Below are positions 55,860 to 64,000 of a stretch of 64,000 nucleotides of DNA, piece by piece. The position numbers were made by a program, and so were the translations under genes. The stretch comes from Minisyncoccota bacterium (GTDB lineage Bacteria; Patescibacteriota; Microgenomatia; UBA1400; UBA12028): NCBI GenBank assembly GCA_003487265.1, contig DNEP01000013.1, forward strand, positions 24,618 to 88,617, in the 5' to 3' direction. The notes beneath the pieces were generated by a model. It made no database searches. It had not been told where the DNA came from and saw only the letters and a program-made list of their open reading frames with translations. Position 1 is the stretch's first letter, and each line of letters begins with the position of its first letter.

Positions 55860-56934
55860 AATCTTGATACGTTTGAAAAACCGTTTTGGCGTGATTCATC
55901 CAAGAATACCGTTTTGATTGAAGAAGACCTCGTTTTATATACATGGCTCGCATAGACGAATCTTTTAGCACATTCATCGCATCGGTAAAAGATGACTCAT
56001 CATCAAAATGCACATATAAAACCGCATCACCGTACACCTCGTGAAAAATTGGAATATCTGAACATACTACTGGACATTCCCGCGACATTGCTTCAAGACC
56101 GGGTAATCCAAACCCTTCCGAACTACTGGGAAATAAAAATGCAAATGCATTCGTGTATAACTCAGCGAGTTCATCATCCGAAGGATGTTCAATAATCTCC
56201 ACACGAGAATCCAGTTCATATTCCTGAACTTTTTGACGAAAACGATCCAAAAACACCGATCGCGAAGAGGCGAGTTTTAAATGAAGCCCTGAATGTCTTT
56301 TAAGATGTGGAAGAACACGATCAATGTTCTTATGTGGATAAAGACTCCCCACACACAACAGATATGGATCTTGTGAATGTGGCGTTGTGTGTACGGAAGA
56401 AAAAGGTGTCACGCCTTCGTATGCTACGGTGATTGGGGCATGCTGGGGATAATATTTTTCAACAATTTTCTCCACCACCTGAGAGGGAACGACAATATGT
56501 CTCGCATTTTCCACCGCGTGTTTCACAATCATCCGATAAAAGGCGTACTTCATAAAATGAACAATAGGATGAAGCGTTGTGGCACGAGTATCCTTCTTTT
56601 CATGCCACAACAGGTCGTGAATTGTCACAACAAACGGCGTTGGACAAATATACGGCACATTAAAATGCGGAATGTGCACAAGCGAAACTCCTGAGCGCCA
56701 AATGACAAATGGCATCACGAGTTGTTCTAATACTGAATAATGAGAAACCTTAACCTCGACCAAACGAAATCGAGTATCTTGGGAAAGCCACGCAAACGCG
56801 GAAATGTCTGAAACAAAGATAACAAACTCATCAGAAAACGACAAGTTCGCCAAAGCACGTATGAGATTTTCAATATACCGACCAATCCCCGCGTTTTTTG
56901 TTCCAGAAAGTCGAGCATCTATACCGATGCGCAT
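55852..56934 (-). CDS. Family 4 (GT-B) glycosyltransferase
   Basis: ORF track 55852..56970, trimmed to MRIGIDARL. FPSSSEGFGLPGLEAMSRECPVVCSDI. Confidence 0.7.
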   Translation of the reverse strand: MRIGIDARLSGTKNAGIGRYIENLIRALANLSFSDEFVIFVSDISAFAWLSQDTRFRLVEVKVSHYSVLEQLVMPFVIWRSGVSLVHIPHFNVPYICPTPFVVTIHDLLWHEKKDTRATTLHPIVHFMKYAFYRMIVKHAVENARHIVVPSQVVEKIVEKYYPQHAPITVAYEGVTPFSSVHTTPHSQDPYLLCVGSLYPHKNIDRVLPHLKRHSGLHLKLASSRSVFLDRFRQKVQEYELDSRVEIIEHPSDDELAELYTNAFAFLFPSSSEGFGLPGLEAMSRECPVVCSDIPIFHEVYGDAVLYVHFDDESSFTDAMNVLKDSSMRAMYIKRGLLQSKRYSWMNHAKTVFQTYQDYD

Positions 56935-56938
56935 GCAG

Positions 56939-57286
56939 TTATTTCTCCAGTTGCGCGAGCTCGTTTTCAAGCATTCTCATCTTTTTGTATCGAAGCACGT
57001 TCGAAACAATGACGAATGTCCCAAACACAAGCGCAACCACATTGAATATCACTGGAATCATCGTTAACATTTCAATATTCACCACGCGCTCCGACTTTCC
57101 GGAATCATACATATAGCGATAGATAAGATCTGGAAGCGCACTGGACGCAACAAGAGAAAAGGCAACAACGAATAATCCTTCAATCGCAAAAAGAATTTTG
57201 TCTAATCGCAACTGTTGAATTTGAAATTGAAGATCTTCACGAGTAACTTTTGGAAACGCGTGTGATTGTTTTTTACTTGCTGGCAT
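56939..57286 (-). CDS. Small 2-TM membrane protein, DUF2304-like (GT2-associated)
   Basis: 115 aa, hydrophobic, immediately downstream of a GT2 gene, the usual partner arrangement of the DUF2304 family. Confidence 0.45.
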   Translation of the reverse strand: MPASKKQSHAFPKVTREDLQFQIQQLRLDKILFAIEGLFVVAFSLVASSALPDLIYRYMYDSGKSERVVNIEMLTMIPVIFNVVALVFGTFVIVSNVLRYKKMRMLENELAQLEK

Positions 57287-58166
57287 GAACTGCTCCTTTC
57301 AAAAAACGAATACATCGAATACCTATAATGACAAACCATCCAAAAATCGTGGAACGATAGTGTTTCTTATAGAATATCTCCATTGTATCAAAAAAATATC
57401 GAAAAGCACGCGAATGCTCAGATTTCTTTCCCAAACCCGCTTGATACTTCAAATGTGTGAGTTCTGTGCGAGGATCGTACACAATCTTCCAACCCGCCTT
57501 TTTGAATCGATAACACCAATCTAGATCCTCACCATAGAAAAAGTAATCCTCATCAAACAATCCCACTTTTTGCATTGCAGAACTTCGAATCAACATTCCC
57601 GCACCCGTACACGCATCGATTTCATGTAGAGTATTGATATCTTTCCAGCGCTGATGATATCCACAGAAAATTCTGTTGAGTACAGGAACGTGGGCAAAAA
57701 GTTTTTCTGCACCCAAAAAATACCAACTCGCATTCCACGGAGTTGGAATACCACGATGACTCGACCAATCAAGATCTCCCGACGGCAACACAATGCGAGG
57801 AGAAACAACCGCAACGGTTTCATCTTCGAAATTGGAAAGGAGTAACTGCAAATCAAATTGTGATTTCAACACGGTGTCCGCGTTTAATAACAGCACAAAT
57901 TCCGTACTAACATTTTTGAGCGCAACGTTATTCCCCGCCGCAAATCCCAAGTTTTTTTCATTTTCAATCAACAACACCTGAGAAAATTGTTCTCGAATCA
58001 TTTGTTGCGATCCATCCGATGAACCATTATCAACCACCACAACGTGTAGCGGAATCGAAACATATTGAAATAATGATTCAAGCGCGTTTCTCAACACATC
58101 TTTTGTGTTATATGAGAGATACACCACCGTTACGTTCGGAACAGTACCATCAATAGATTTAAACAT
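57273..58166 (-). CDS. Family 2 glycosyltransferase
   Basis: VTVVYLSYNTKDVLRNALESLFQY...VVVVDNGSSDGS, with a DxD-like box near LLLNADTV. Confidence 0.75.
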   Translation of the reverse strand: MFKSIDGTVPNVTVVYLSYNTKDVLRNALESLFQYVSIPLHVVVVDNGSSDGSQQMIREQFSQVLLIENEKNLGFAAGNNVALKNVSTEFVLLLNADTVLKSQFDLQLLLSNFEDETVAVVSPRIVLPSGDLDWSSHRGIPTPWNASWYFLGAEKLFAHVPVLNRIFCGYHQRWKDINTLHEIDACTGAGMLIRSSAMQKVGLFDEDYFFYGEDLDWCYRFKKAGWKIVYDPRTELTHLKYQAGLGKKSEHSRAFRYFFDTMEIFYKKHYRSTIFGWFVIIGIRCIRFLKGAVHASK

Positions 58167-59361
58167 GATGATCTCCCACCTTTAAATAGATTGAGTCAAG
58201 TTTATCCGCGATATTTTTCCAGTTGTACCGATCAAACACCCACTTTTGCGCTTGCTCCGCAAGCGCCTCACGCAGATTTTCGTTTTGAAGAACTGCAATC
58301 GTGTGCAACGCCAACTCATTCGCCGTCGCCCCCACAAGCGCATGTACACCTGACTGAACGCCGAGACCTTCAACGGCGATGGGTGTTCCAACCACGGGAG
58401 TACGCGTCGCCATCGCCTCCAAAACTTTATATCGCGTTCCCTTCCCGCTGAATACCGGCGCAACCAAAACATGCGCATTCGCGTATGCATCACGAATATC
58501 CTCAACGCGACCAACAACCTCCACACCATTGTGACGTTTTGCGAGGGCGTACACAACATCTGTAGGCGCATTTCCAACAATCTTCATTTTTGCAGTTGGA
58601 ACAGTCTGCAAAATAATCGGCCACACCTTTTCTACCAGATATTGCACTGCCTCTACGTTGGGAAGCCATTTGAATGTTCCCACAAATAACACCGTCGGGT
58701 TTGGTAACACACGCTTTTTTGTTTTCTCAAAAAACTCAACATCAACACCATTCTCAACAACATTCACGTCTTTGTCGGGGGCGACTGTTTTCAGCATAAA
58801 CTGTCGATCTTCTTGCGACATGGCAATCAATCGCGTACACGCACGCCAAAAAAATTCTTCCCACAGTTTAATCTTAAAAATATCAATGTACAAAAGGGGT
58901 TTTAAAAACCAATAGCGAAATGATTTTGCGTAGCTCAGATAACCCAAATATTCAATTGTTTGCTCAACAAGTAGCACCGGAACAGAAGTTGCGGGAATAT
59001 TTGGCATCATGTAAAACGTCTCCGCATGAATCGCGTGATATTCTTTTGCTTGCAGTTCTTTACGAACCTCGTCCTTCACTTCATCCACAAAATTGCGGAT
59101 CACCAAAAAAGGATACAGCGAAAAACCTGCACGAAAAATGTTGCGCAATGTAAACGCTTTCTCTGATCGTTTGAACACACGGATCTTCACACAATATTTC
59201 TGCAACTCCTCAATGTACGAACGTTCGGACTCATCTTTAATCAGCGAAAACAACGTGATACTGTGCTTTTTGCTCAAACTTTTGAGCAGATTATATGTGC
59301 GAATTTGACCACCAGAATGAAGCGGGTACGGCAGATAGGGTGTGAGCATTAAAATGTTCAT
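58159..59361 (-). CDS. Family 4 (GT-B) glycosyltransferase
   Basis: MNILMLTPYLPYPLHSGGQIRTYNLLKSL N-terminus, plus a C-terminal GT1 domain. Confidence 0.7.
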   Translation of the reverse strand: MNILMLTPYLPYPLHSGGQIRTYNLLKSLSKKHSITLFSLIKDESERSYIEELQKYCVKIRVFKRSEKAFTLRNIFRAGFSLYPFLVIRNFVDEVKDEVRKELQAKEYHAIHAETFYMMPNIPATSVPVLLVEQTIEYLGYLSYAKSFRYWFLKPLLYIDIFKIKLWEEFFWRACTRLIAMSQEDRQFMLKTVAPDKDVNVVENGVDVEFFEKTKKRVLPNPTVLFVGTFKWLPNVEAVQYLVEKVWPIILQTVPTAKMKIVGNAPTDVVYALAKRHNGVEVVGRVEDIRDAYANAHVLVAPVFSGKGTRYKVLEAMATRTPVVGTPIAVEGLGVQSGVHALVGATANELALHTIAVLQNENLREALAEQAQKWVFDRYNWKNIADKLDSIYLKVGDHHV

Positions 59362-60776
59362 AGATGTTCGCGAAGATCGAGGAGCAGAAAGCGATCGGTT
59401 TTTTCTATTGTTTTAAATCGTTTCTCAAGTTCGCGCGCCTCGTCATCGTAGGAAACCGTCACGTAATGTGTTGCACCTTGGGATATCTTTTTATCGATCT
59501 CAAATCCCAATGGCCAACCCGAACGCTTGGTGTGAAACAAAAAGGCTGTATCACCGTTAAATGGAGCGATTATCTTTGCCGTTTGTGGGATTACTTTATC
59601 AACAACCTCTCCCGCAATGACAATTTCCCAGTGATTTACATTAAAATATCCTCGTACCTCATACCATGAAACAAAGATTGAAAAACCTAACAGACCAATA
59701 AGTACAATTCGCGAAAATAATACCAAAGAACCCGCGATTCCATTCCACATCCACGCCATTCCCTGACCCGCGATCATGCACAAAATCGGAAGAATTAAGA
59801 ATTGATAATAATCATGTCGCACATTTCCACCCGCAATTGCCAAAACATACACCAAGATTGCAGATAAAGAAACTACAAACACAAGAAAGGCCTTTTGTTT
59901 CCGAATCATTCCCAAAATCAAAAACGAAACTCCACCAATACCCAGAATCAATCGCGAGATGCGTTCTTGAAACACCCAATGCACGAACGCCCCCGAAAAT
60001 CGAATGTTTTTTTCGTTCCACAACCAATCGGAAGCAGGGATGCCCTCGGGGAATTGAAGAATCCAGTCTCTCCAAAATAAAAATGGAACAACTGCAAACA
60101 ATGAACTTATAGCGCCAACGAGAGAATGTTTGAGATTTTTTGTCAAAAGAAATCCTGCAGTGATGAAAATAGGAACATAAATCAGCACAAACGGTTTCAC
60201 CAAGATTGCCATCGCCAGCAAGAGAGAATACAACGCAAACGTAAGATATGAACGCGAAGTAATCGCACGGAGATACGCTACCCCACTCCACAGCACAAGA
60301 CAGATCATAAACGGCTCAGGAAGGATGACGCGCCCGTAATACACGCTGTACGGAAGAATCGAGAATAAAATCAAAGAAAACAGCGCAACGCGCCTCCCAA
60401 GAAGCGTCTTCACAAACAAATAGAGCGCTAGTCCAGCAAGACCAGAAAAGATCACAGCAAACAATCTTCCAACCAGCACTTCCTGCCCATCAAGGTTAAA
60501 CGCAGAAATAAAAACTGCAGTTCCCGCATTCATGATCGGAAACTCAACCATGCGATACCCCTCGGGGTTTTCTTTGCCCGACTGAATGTTCGAAAGATCA
60601 TGATACTGAGGATGCAAAAGATCAACTCCGCGTCTCACAAACTCTCTCGTAACAGAAGCGGTATCAGCTTGACGAAAAGAATGCCAATCGGCAACTGGAT
60701 TTGAAATACGATACATACGCAACGCAAAAGCAAGAAACATCACACTTAAAACAACAAAGAGCTCAAGCTTTCGCAT
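59358..60776 (-). CDS. GT-C fold membrane glycosyltransferase, ArnT/PMT_2 (GT39/GT83-like)
   Basis: ORF track 59358..60824, trimmed to MRKLELF. The first loop ISNPVADWHSFRQADTASVTREF matches the ArnT/PMT_2 periplasmic loop pattern. About 12 TM segments. Confidence 0.65.
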   Translation of the reverse strand: MRKLELFVVLSVMFLAFALRMYRISNPVADWHSFRQADTASVTREFVRRGVDLLHPQYHDLSNIQSGKENPEGYRMVEFPIMNAGTAVFISAFNLDGQEVLVGRLFAVIFSGLAGLALYLFVKTLLGRRVALFSLILFSILPYSVYYGRVILPEPFMICLVLWSGVAYLRAITSRSYLTFALYSLLLAMAILVKPFVLIYVPIFITAGFLLTKNLKHSLVGAISSLFAVVPFLFWRDWILQFPEGIPASDWLWNEKNIRFSGAFVHWVFQERISRLILGIGGVSFLILGMIRKQKAFLVFVVSLSAILVYVLAIAGGNVRHDYYQFLILPILCMIAGQGMAWMWNGIAGSLVLFSRIVLIGLLGFSIFVSWYEVRGYFNVNHWEIVIAGEVVDKVIPQTAKIIAPFNGDTAFLFHTKRSGWPLGFEIDKKISQGATHYVTVSYDDEARELEKRFKTIEKTDRFLLLDLREHL

Positions 60777-62511
60777 GCAACTTCCTTTTTTGTTTTTGTG
60801 AACTCTTTCGAAACGCATCGGCAAATGAACCTGATGAACTCGACGACCCTGTTACCGACTCTTGTGAAAACATCACATATCGCAAACACACCGCCGCCAA
60901 CGCCCAATACGTCTCAATTACTTTCGAAGAAACAAACACGTCAATATATACCGCATTCACAAACAAACCCGCGGTAATCGAAAGCATTCCAATCGCGATG
61001 ATTCTCGAAAATGGATCCGCGGAATGCTTTGAAAGTCGTAAGAGATTTTTGTTCAAGACAACAAACACACCGTAGAACGTGATGAATCCGAGTAACCCTG
61101 TTTCCCCGAGCGTTCTCAAGAAATCATTATCGGTTGATTCTGCTTCGGTAAACTGTTCGATTGTATATTTCGTCAAGGTCGAGTAGCCCGATCCAAAAAG
61201 TGGATTACGCAAAAAGCCTCGGATCGCAAATGGCCATAGCGTGTCTAAACGAATCGCCGCGGATAGTCCTAAGCGGTGTGCGTTTTCAGAAAACACGCGA
61301 GGAATGATGATCTCAATATCTTTTCCTTCTGCCGACTTTGTCGAGATTATCGCATCTGGAATATCCTCAAAGACGTCGGGGGGAAGATCGGCTGGTTTTA
61401 CAGGAGTGGGTTGAGTATCGCTGCTCACAATTACTGGAACAGTGGTGCGTTTTGCCGCCTCCTCAGCTGCTTTATTGACATCATCGATAGAAATACCATC
61501 TTTTGGTGGCTCAACGAGTGGTTTGAATGAATTTTCTTTCACTTTATCAACCGTACTCACCATTGCCTGATACGCTTCGTTACCTTGGAAAATCTGCGCG
61601 AATCGTTCACTCAAATCTCCGAAGAGAAACAAAAATGAAAACGTAAAGAAATACAAACCGACGAACTTAAGCATTCCTGTCTTGATTGATTTTTTCATCA
61701 TCCACAACGCAAACATGGTGATCGCCAAAAGATACGCAAGAAATGATGATCGTGATGAAGTCATCATGAGCGACCACAACGAAAGGAAAAAGGTCGCCAC
61801 ACTCACCATCTTCACCCAACGACGACGAACATAAAACATTCCAATGATCGAGATCATGAGTCCCATAACTAAAAACGCAGCAAAATCATAATGACCACCG
61901 AATGTTGATTGCACGCGTGCGTGCTCGGTTAAAAACAATCGCAATCCTTTACTAAACTCACGATTCATTGTTGAGTACACCGGCCAATACAAATATTTTT
62001 GACCAACGCCGTAAATCGAAACCGTCAATGTCGTGAACAAGAAAGTCAACAACACCCAGATTGCGTGTTTTTTTGTTCGAATCGCGGCATAGAAGATAAA
62101 GAACACCGAGAAATACTCAACGCGACGAATCAGATGAAGAAAAAGTTTCGAGACGTGCGCAAAGTTCGCAGGAACCGTTTTCGTCCAGATGATTGCAAAA
62201 ATCGAGGAAAGCAATCCAACGATAAGATACGCGATGATCCATTTTGTCAGTGGCGTTTTCAGTGACACTTTTCGACGAAGTAACTGAATACCAAAAATAA
62301 CTGCACCTACCGCAATCACCACATCTTCGGTACGCAATCGAACAATGTATCCAGGAATTAACTCTGCAAGTGGAATCTTTGGAAAAAGTGGAATGAATAC
62401 CGCTAAGAAAAGCGAAAAGTACAATAAAAGATTCGCATCAATAATTCGCAAGAACGGTAAAAATCTTTCGATAAGCCTGTTTTTTGTGTTCATCACGCAA
62501 CAGTATACCAA
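60763..62511 (-). CDS. O-antigen ligase/polymerase-like (Wzy_C) membrane protein with C-terminal extension
   Basis: MMTSSRSSFLAYLLAITMFA is a Wzy_C-type motif. Multi-TM, 582 aa. Confidence 0.55.
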   Translation of the reverse strand: MVYCCVMNTKNRLIERFLPFLRIIDANLLLYFSLFLAVFIPLFPKIPLAELIPGYIVRLRTEDVVIAVGAVIFGIQLLRRKVSLKTPLTKWIIAYLIVGLLSSIFAIIWTKTVPANFAHVSKLFLHLIRRVEYFSVFFIFYAAIRTKKHAIWVLLTFLFTTLTVSIYGVGQKYLYWPVYSTMNREFSKGLRLFLTEHARVQSTFGGHYDFAAFLVMGLMISIIGMFYVRRRWVKMVSVATFFLSLWSLMMTSSRSSFLAYLLAITMFALWMMKKSIKTGMLKFVGLYFFTFSFLFLFGDLSERFAQIFQGNEAYQAMVSTVDKVKENSFKPLVEPPKDGISIDDVNKAAEEAAKRTTVPVIVSSDTQPTPVKPADLPPDVFEDIPDAIISTKSAEGKDIEIIIPRVFSENAHRLGLSAAIRLDTLWPFAIRGFLRNPLFGSGYSTLTKYTIEQFTEAESTDNDFLRTLGETGLLGFITFYGVFVVLNKNLLRLSKHSADPFSRIIAIGMLSITAGLFVNAVYIDVFVSSKVIETYWALAAVCLRYVMFSQESVTGSSSSSGSFADAFRKSSQKQKRKLHAKA

Positions 62512-63385
62512 ATAACACGTATCGCAACCATGCGCCGATCAGGAGCAAAAGGATAAGAACAGGTTTTTGCCAGACAGGAAAATGTTTCTTCCAGATGTAA
62601 ACTATTCCCTCAACCTCCCCTACCAACGACCTCTGGCTACTCCCTGTACTCTTAAACCGCAAATGCGTAATCTCAGCCTGAGGATCAAGTACAATCTCCC
62701 ACCCTGCACGATCAAGGCGAAGACACAACTCCACATCTTCACCATACATATAGATGTTTGGATCCCACCCCCCAACCTGTTCGAATGCCTCTTTTTTCAC
62801 CATAAGCGCTGTTCCACCCAACCATCCAAACTGTTTCACCTTTCCATCCGAAGATGAAAAATATGAACTTCTACGTTCCTGATAATGAGAAACAAGTTCG
62901 TGAATACTAGGAATATCATCAATCGCGAACATCCACATGCACACAACGAGCAATGAAGGGAGAGAACCTCCTTGTGGTTGGAGCGACCCATCAGCATTCA
63001 ACAATCGCCCACTTATCGCACCGTAGTTTTTCTGAGACCACAATGTCTGAAAAAGTTGATGAACTGCATCAGCGCGCACAAGAGTGTCGGGATTTAAAAA
63101 GAACAGCGTGTTCGCACACGCTTTTTCAACGCCTCGCATGTTACTTTCAGAAAATCCAATTAATGAATCCAAGGTGATCAACTTCACCTTCGGAAATTCT
63201 TGCGTAATCATTTTTGATGTTCCATCGGTTGACGCGTTATCAACAACAATAACCTCAAATGAGATGTTTTTTTCACGAAAAATGGAGTCCAAACAATCAG
63301 CAAGTTCTTTTTTTGTTTGATAACTCACAATAATAATCGAAATATCTGGAATGTTTGAGATTTTGTTGGAGGTACGAACAGTCAT
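62438..63385 (-). CDS. Family 2 glycosyltransferase
   Basis: ISIIIVSYQTKKELADCLDSIF...EVIVVDNASTDGT, and a C-terminal TM. Confidence 0.7.
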   Translation of the reverse strand: MTVRTSNKISNIPDISIIIVSYQTKKELADCLDSIFREKNISFEVIVVDNASTDGTSKMITQEFPKVKLITLDSLIGFSESNMRGVEKACANTLFFLNPDTLVRADAVHQLFQTLWSQKNYGAISGRLLNADGSLQPQGGSLPSLLVVCMWMFAIDDIPSIHELVSHYQERRSSYFSSSDGKVKQFGWLGGTALMVKKEAFEQVGGWDPNIYMYGEDVELCLRLDRAGWEIVLDPQAEITHLRFKSTGSSQRSLVGEVEGIVYIWKKHFPVWQKPVLILLLLIGAWLRYVLFGILLRDEHKKQAYRKIFTVLANY

Positions 63386-63387
63386 GG

Positions 63388-63996
63388 TTATTGAAAAAGC
63401 CTTGGTCTCCCAAGTCGATAGGAATATTCTTTGAGTTTGCGTTCTCCAATTTCTTTTGCGGGAACACCTGCAACGATTGTTCCTTTCGCAACATCTTTTG
63501 TCACCACTGCTCCCCCCGCCACAACCGCTCCCGTATGAATAGTCACTCCGGGCATAATCATCGCACGGGGACCAATAAATACATAATCCTCAATCACAAC
63601 CGGCGCATGAATCGCACGAAAATCAGACGCGCGAACATCGTGTTCGCTGTTAAAAATCATCACCTGTGAGGCAATATCAACATGATTTCCAATTGTTAAT
63701 GAATCTCGACCATCTAACAGAATCTGCTCTCCAACAAGCGATCCTTCGCCAATCGAGATATTTTTTGGTTGATAGATGCGCGCACCCATGTGAATCGTTG
63801 AACCCGATCCCAACTTCACACCAGCCAACTCATAAAAGAATCGTCGAATAAAGTGGAACGGAACGTTTCCAACACCCCACCACAAAAATCCTGTAATACA
63901 CTCTGTCCAAATACTTTCAAATCGAAGCTCAATTTTGTGAACAGCCTCAGACCATTCGAGTTGTTTTCCCGATTTATCATAAAATGGAGAGTTCAT
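63388..63996 (-). CDS. Hexapeptide-repeat (LbH) sugar O-acetyltransferase (WcaF/NeuD-like)
   Basis: Tandem [LIV]-G-x-x-x-x hexapeptides: IGEGSLVGEQILL, IGNHVDIASQVMI, IGPRAMIMPGVTIHTGAVVAGGAVVT. Confidence 0.75.
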   Translation of the reverse strand: MNSPFYDKSGKQLEWSEAVHKIELRFESIWTECITGFLWWGVGNVPFHFIRRFFYELAGVKLGSGSTIHMGARIYQPKNISIGEGSLVGEQILLDGRDSLTIGNHVDIASQVMIFNSEHDVRASDFRAIHAPVVIEDYVFIGPRAMIMPGVTIHTGAVVAGGAVVTKDVAKGTIVAGVPAKEIGERKLKEYSYRLGRPRLFQ

Positions 63997-64000
63997 TTCC

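Noticed and set aside
1-64000. CRISPR arrays, rRNA genes, transposases, integrases
   Set aside because: No regularly spaced direct repeats, no rRNA-like conserved stretches, and no DDE or tyrosine-recombinase-like ORFs were seen anywhere in the window.

Overview
The window is a 64-kb, gene-dense stretch of a bacterial chromosome, about 45% GC, with very short intergenic spacers and many ATGA/TAATG start-stop overlaps. This compact style fits a small-genome, possibly Patescibacteria/CPR-like organism, but that is a tentative inference. Most of the window is housekeeping. It holds a complete but unusual division/cell-wall (dcw) cluster, mraZ-rsmH-ftsL-ftsI-murE-yvcK-(glmU-like)-pgeF-murC-murB-murA-mraY-ftsW-murG-ftsQ-ftsA-ftsZ, with no murD or murF inside it. 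It also holds ileS, glyQS, recO, rplU/rpmA, lepB, parB and a dus gene. There are two tRNAs, Thr-CGT on the plus strand and Val-CAC on the minus strand. Two large envelope-glycan clusters contain glycosyltransferases (families GT2, GT4 and the GT-C/ArnT-PMT-like type), a Wzx flippase, Wzy/O-antigen-ligase-like proteins, a Bac_transf initiating transferase, ManC and an acetyltransferase. No rRNA, CRISPR array, transposase or integrase was seen. The most interesting region is the AT-rich (~33-35% GC) 5' end, bases 1-6953, whose five co-directional minus-strand genes may form an undescribed defense or mobile-island module. These genes are a small Xis/MerR-like HTH, a RhuM-family protein, a zinc-ribbon/coiled-coil DUF2130-like protein, a 1236-aa SNF2/DEAH helicase and a PD-(D/E)xK nuclease. 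The helicase carries a ~700-aa C-terminal extension made of degenerate Cys-containing repeats that I could not assign. The RecB/Cas4/TM0106-like nuclease starts one codon after the helicase stop in the same frame and runs off the window edge. Other oddities are an HD-hydrolase gene interrupted at an A6 homopolymer, a T-box-like GGUGGUACC motif in the ileS leader, and a GT-C/GT-A fusion glycosyltransferase. There is also an LMW-PTP-like protein with a degenerate P-loop, and an uncharacterised 594-aa protein translationally coupled to ileS.
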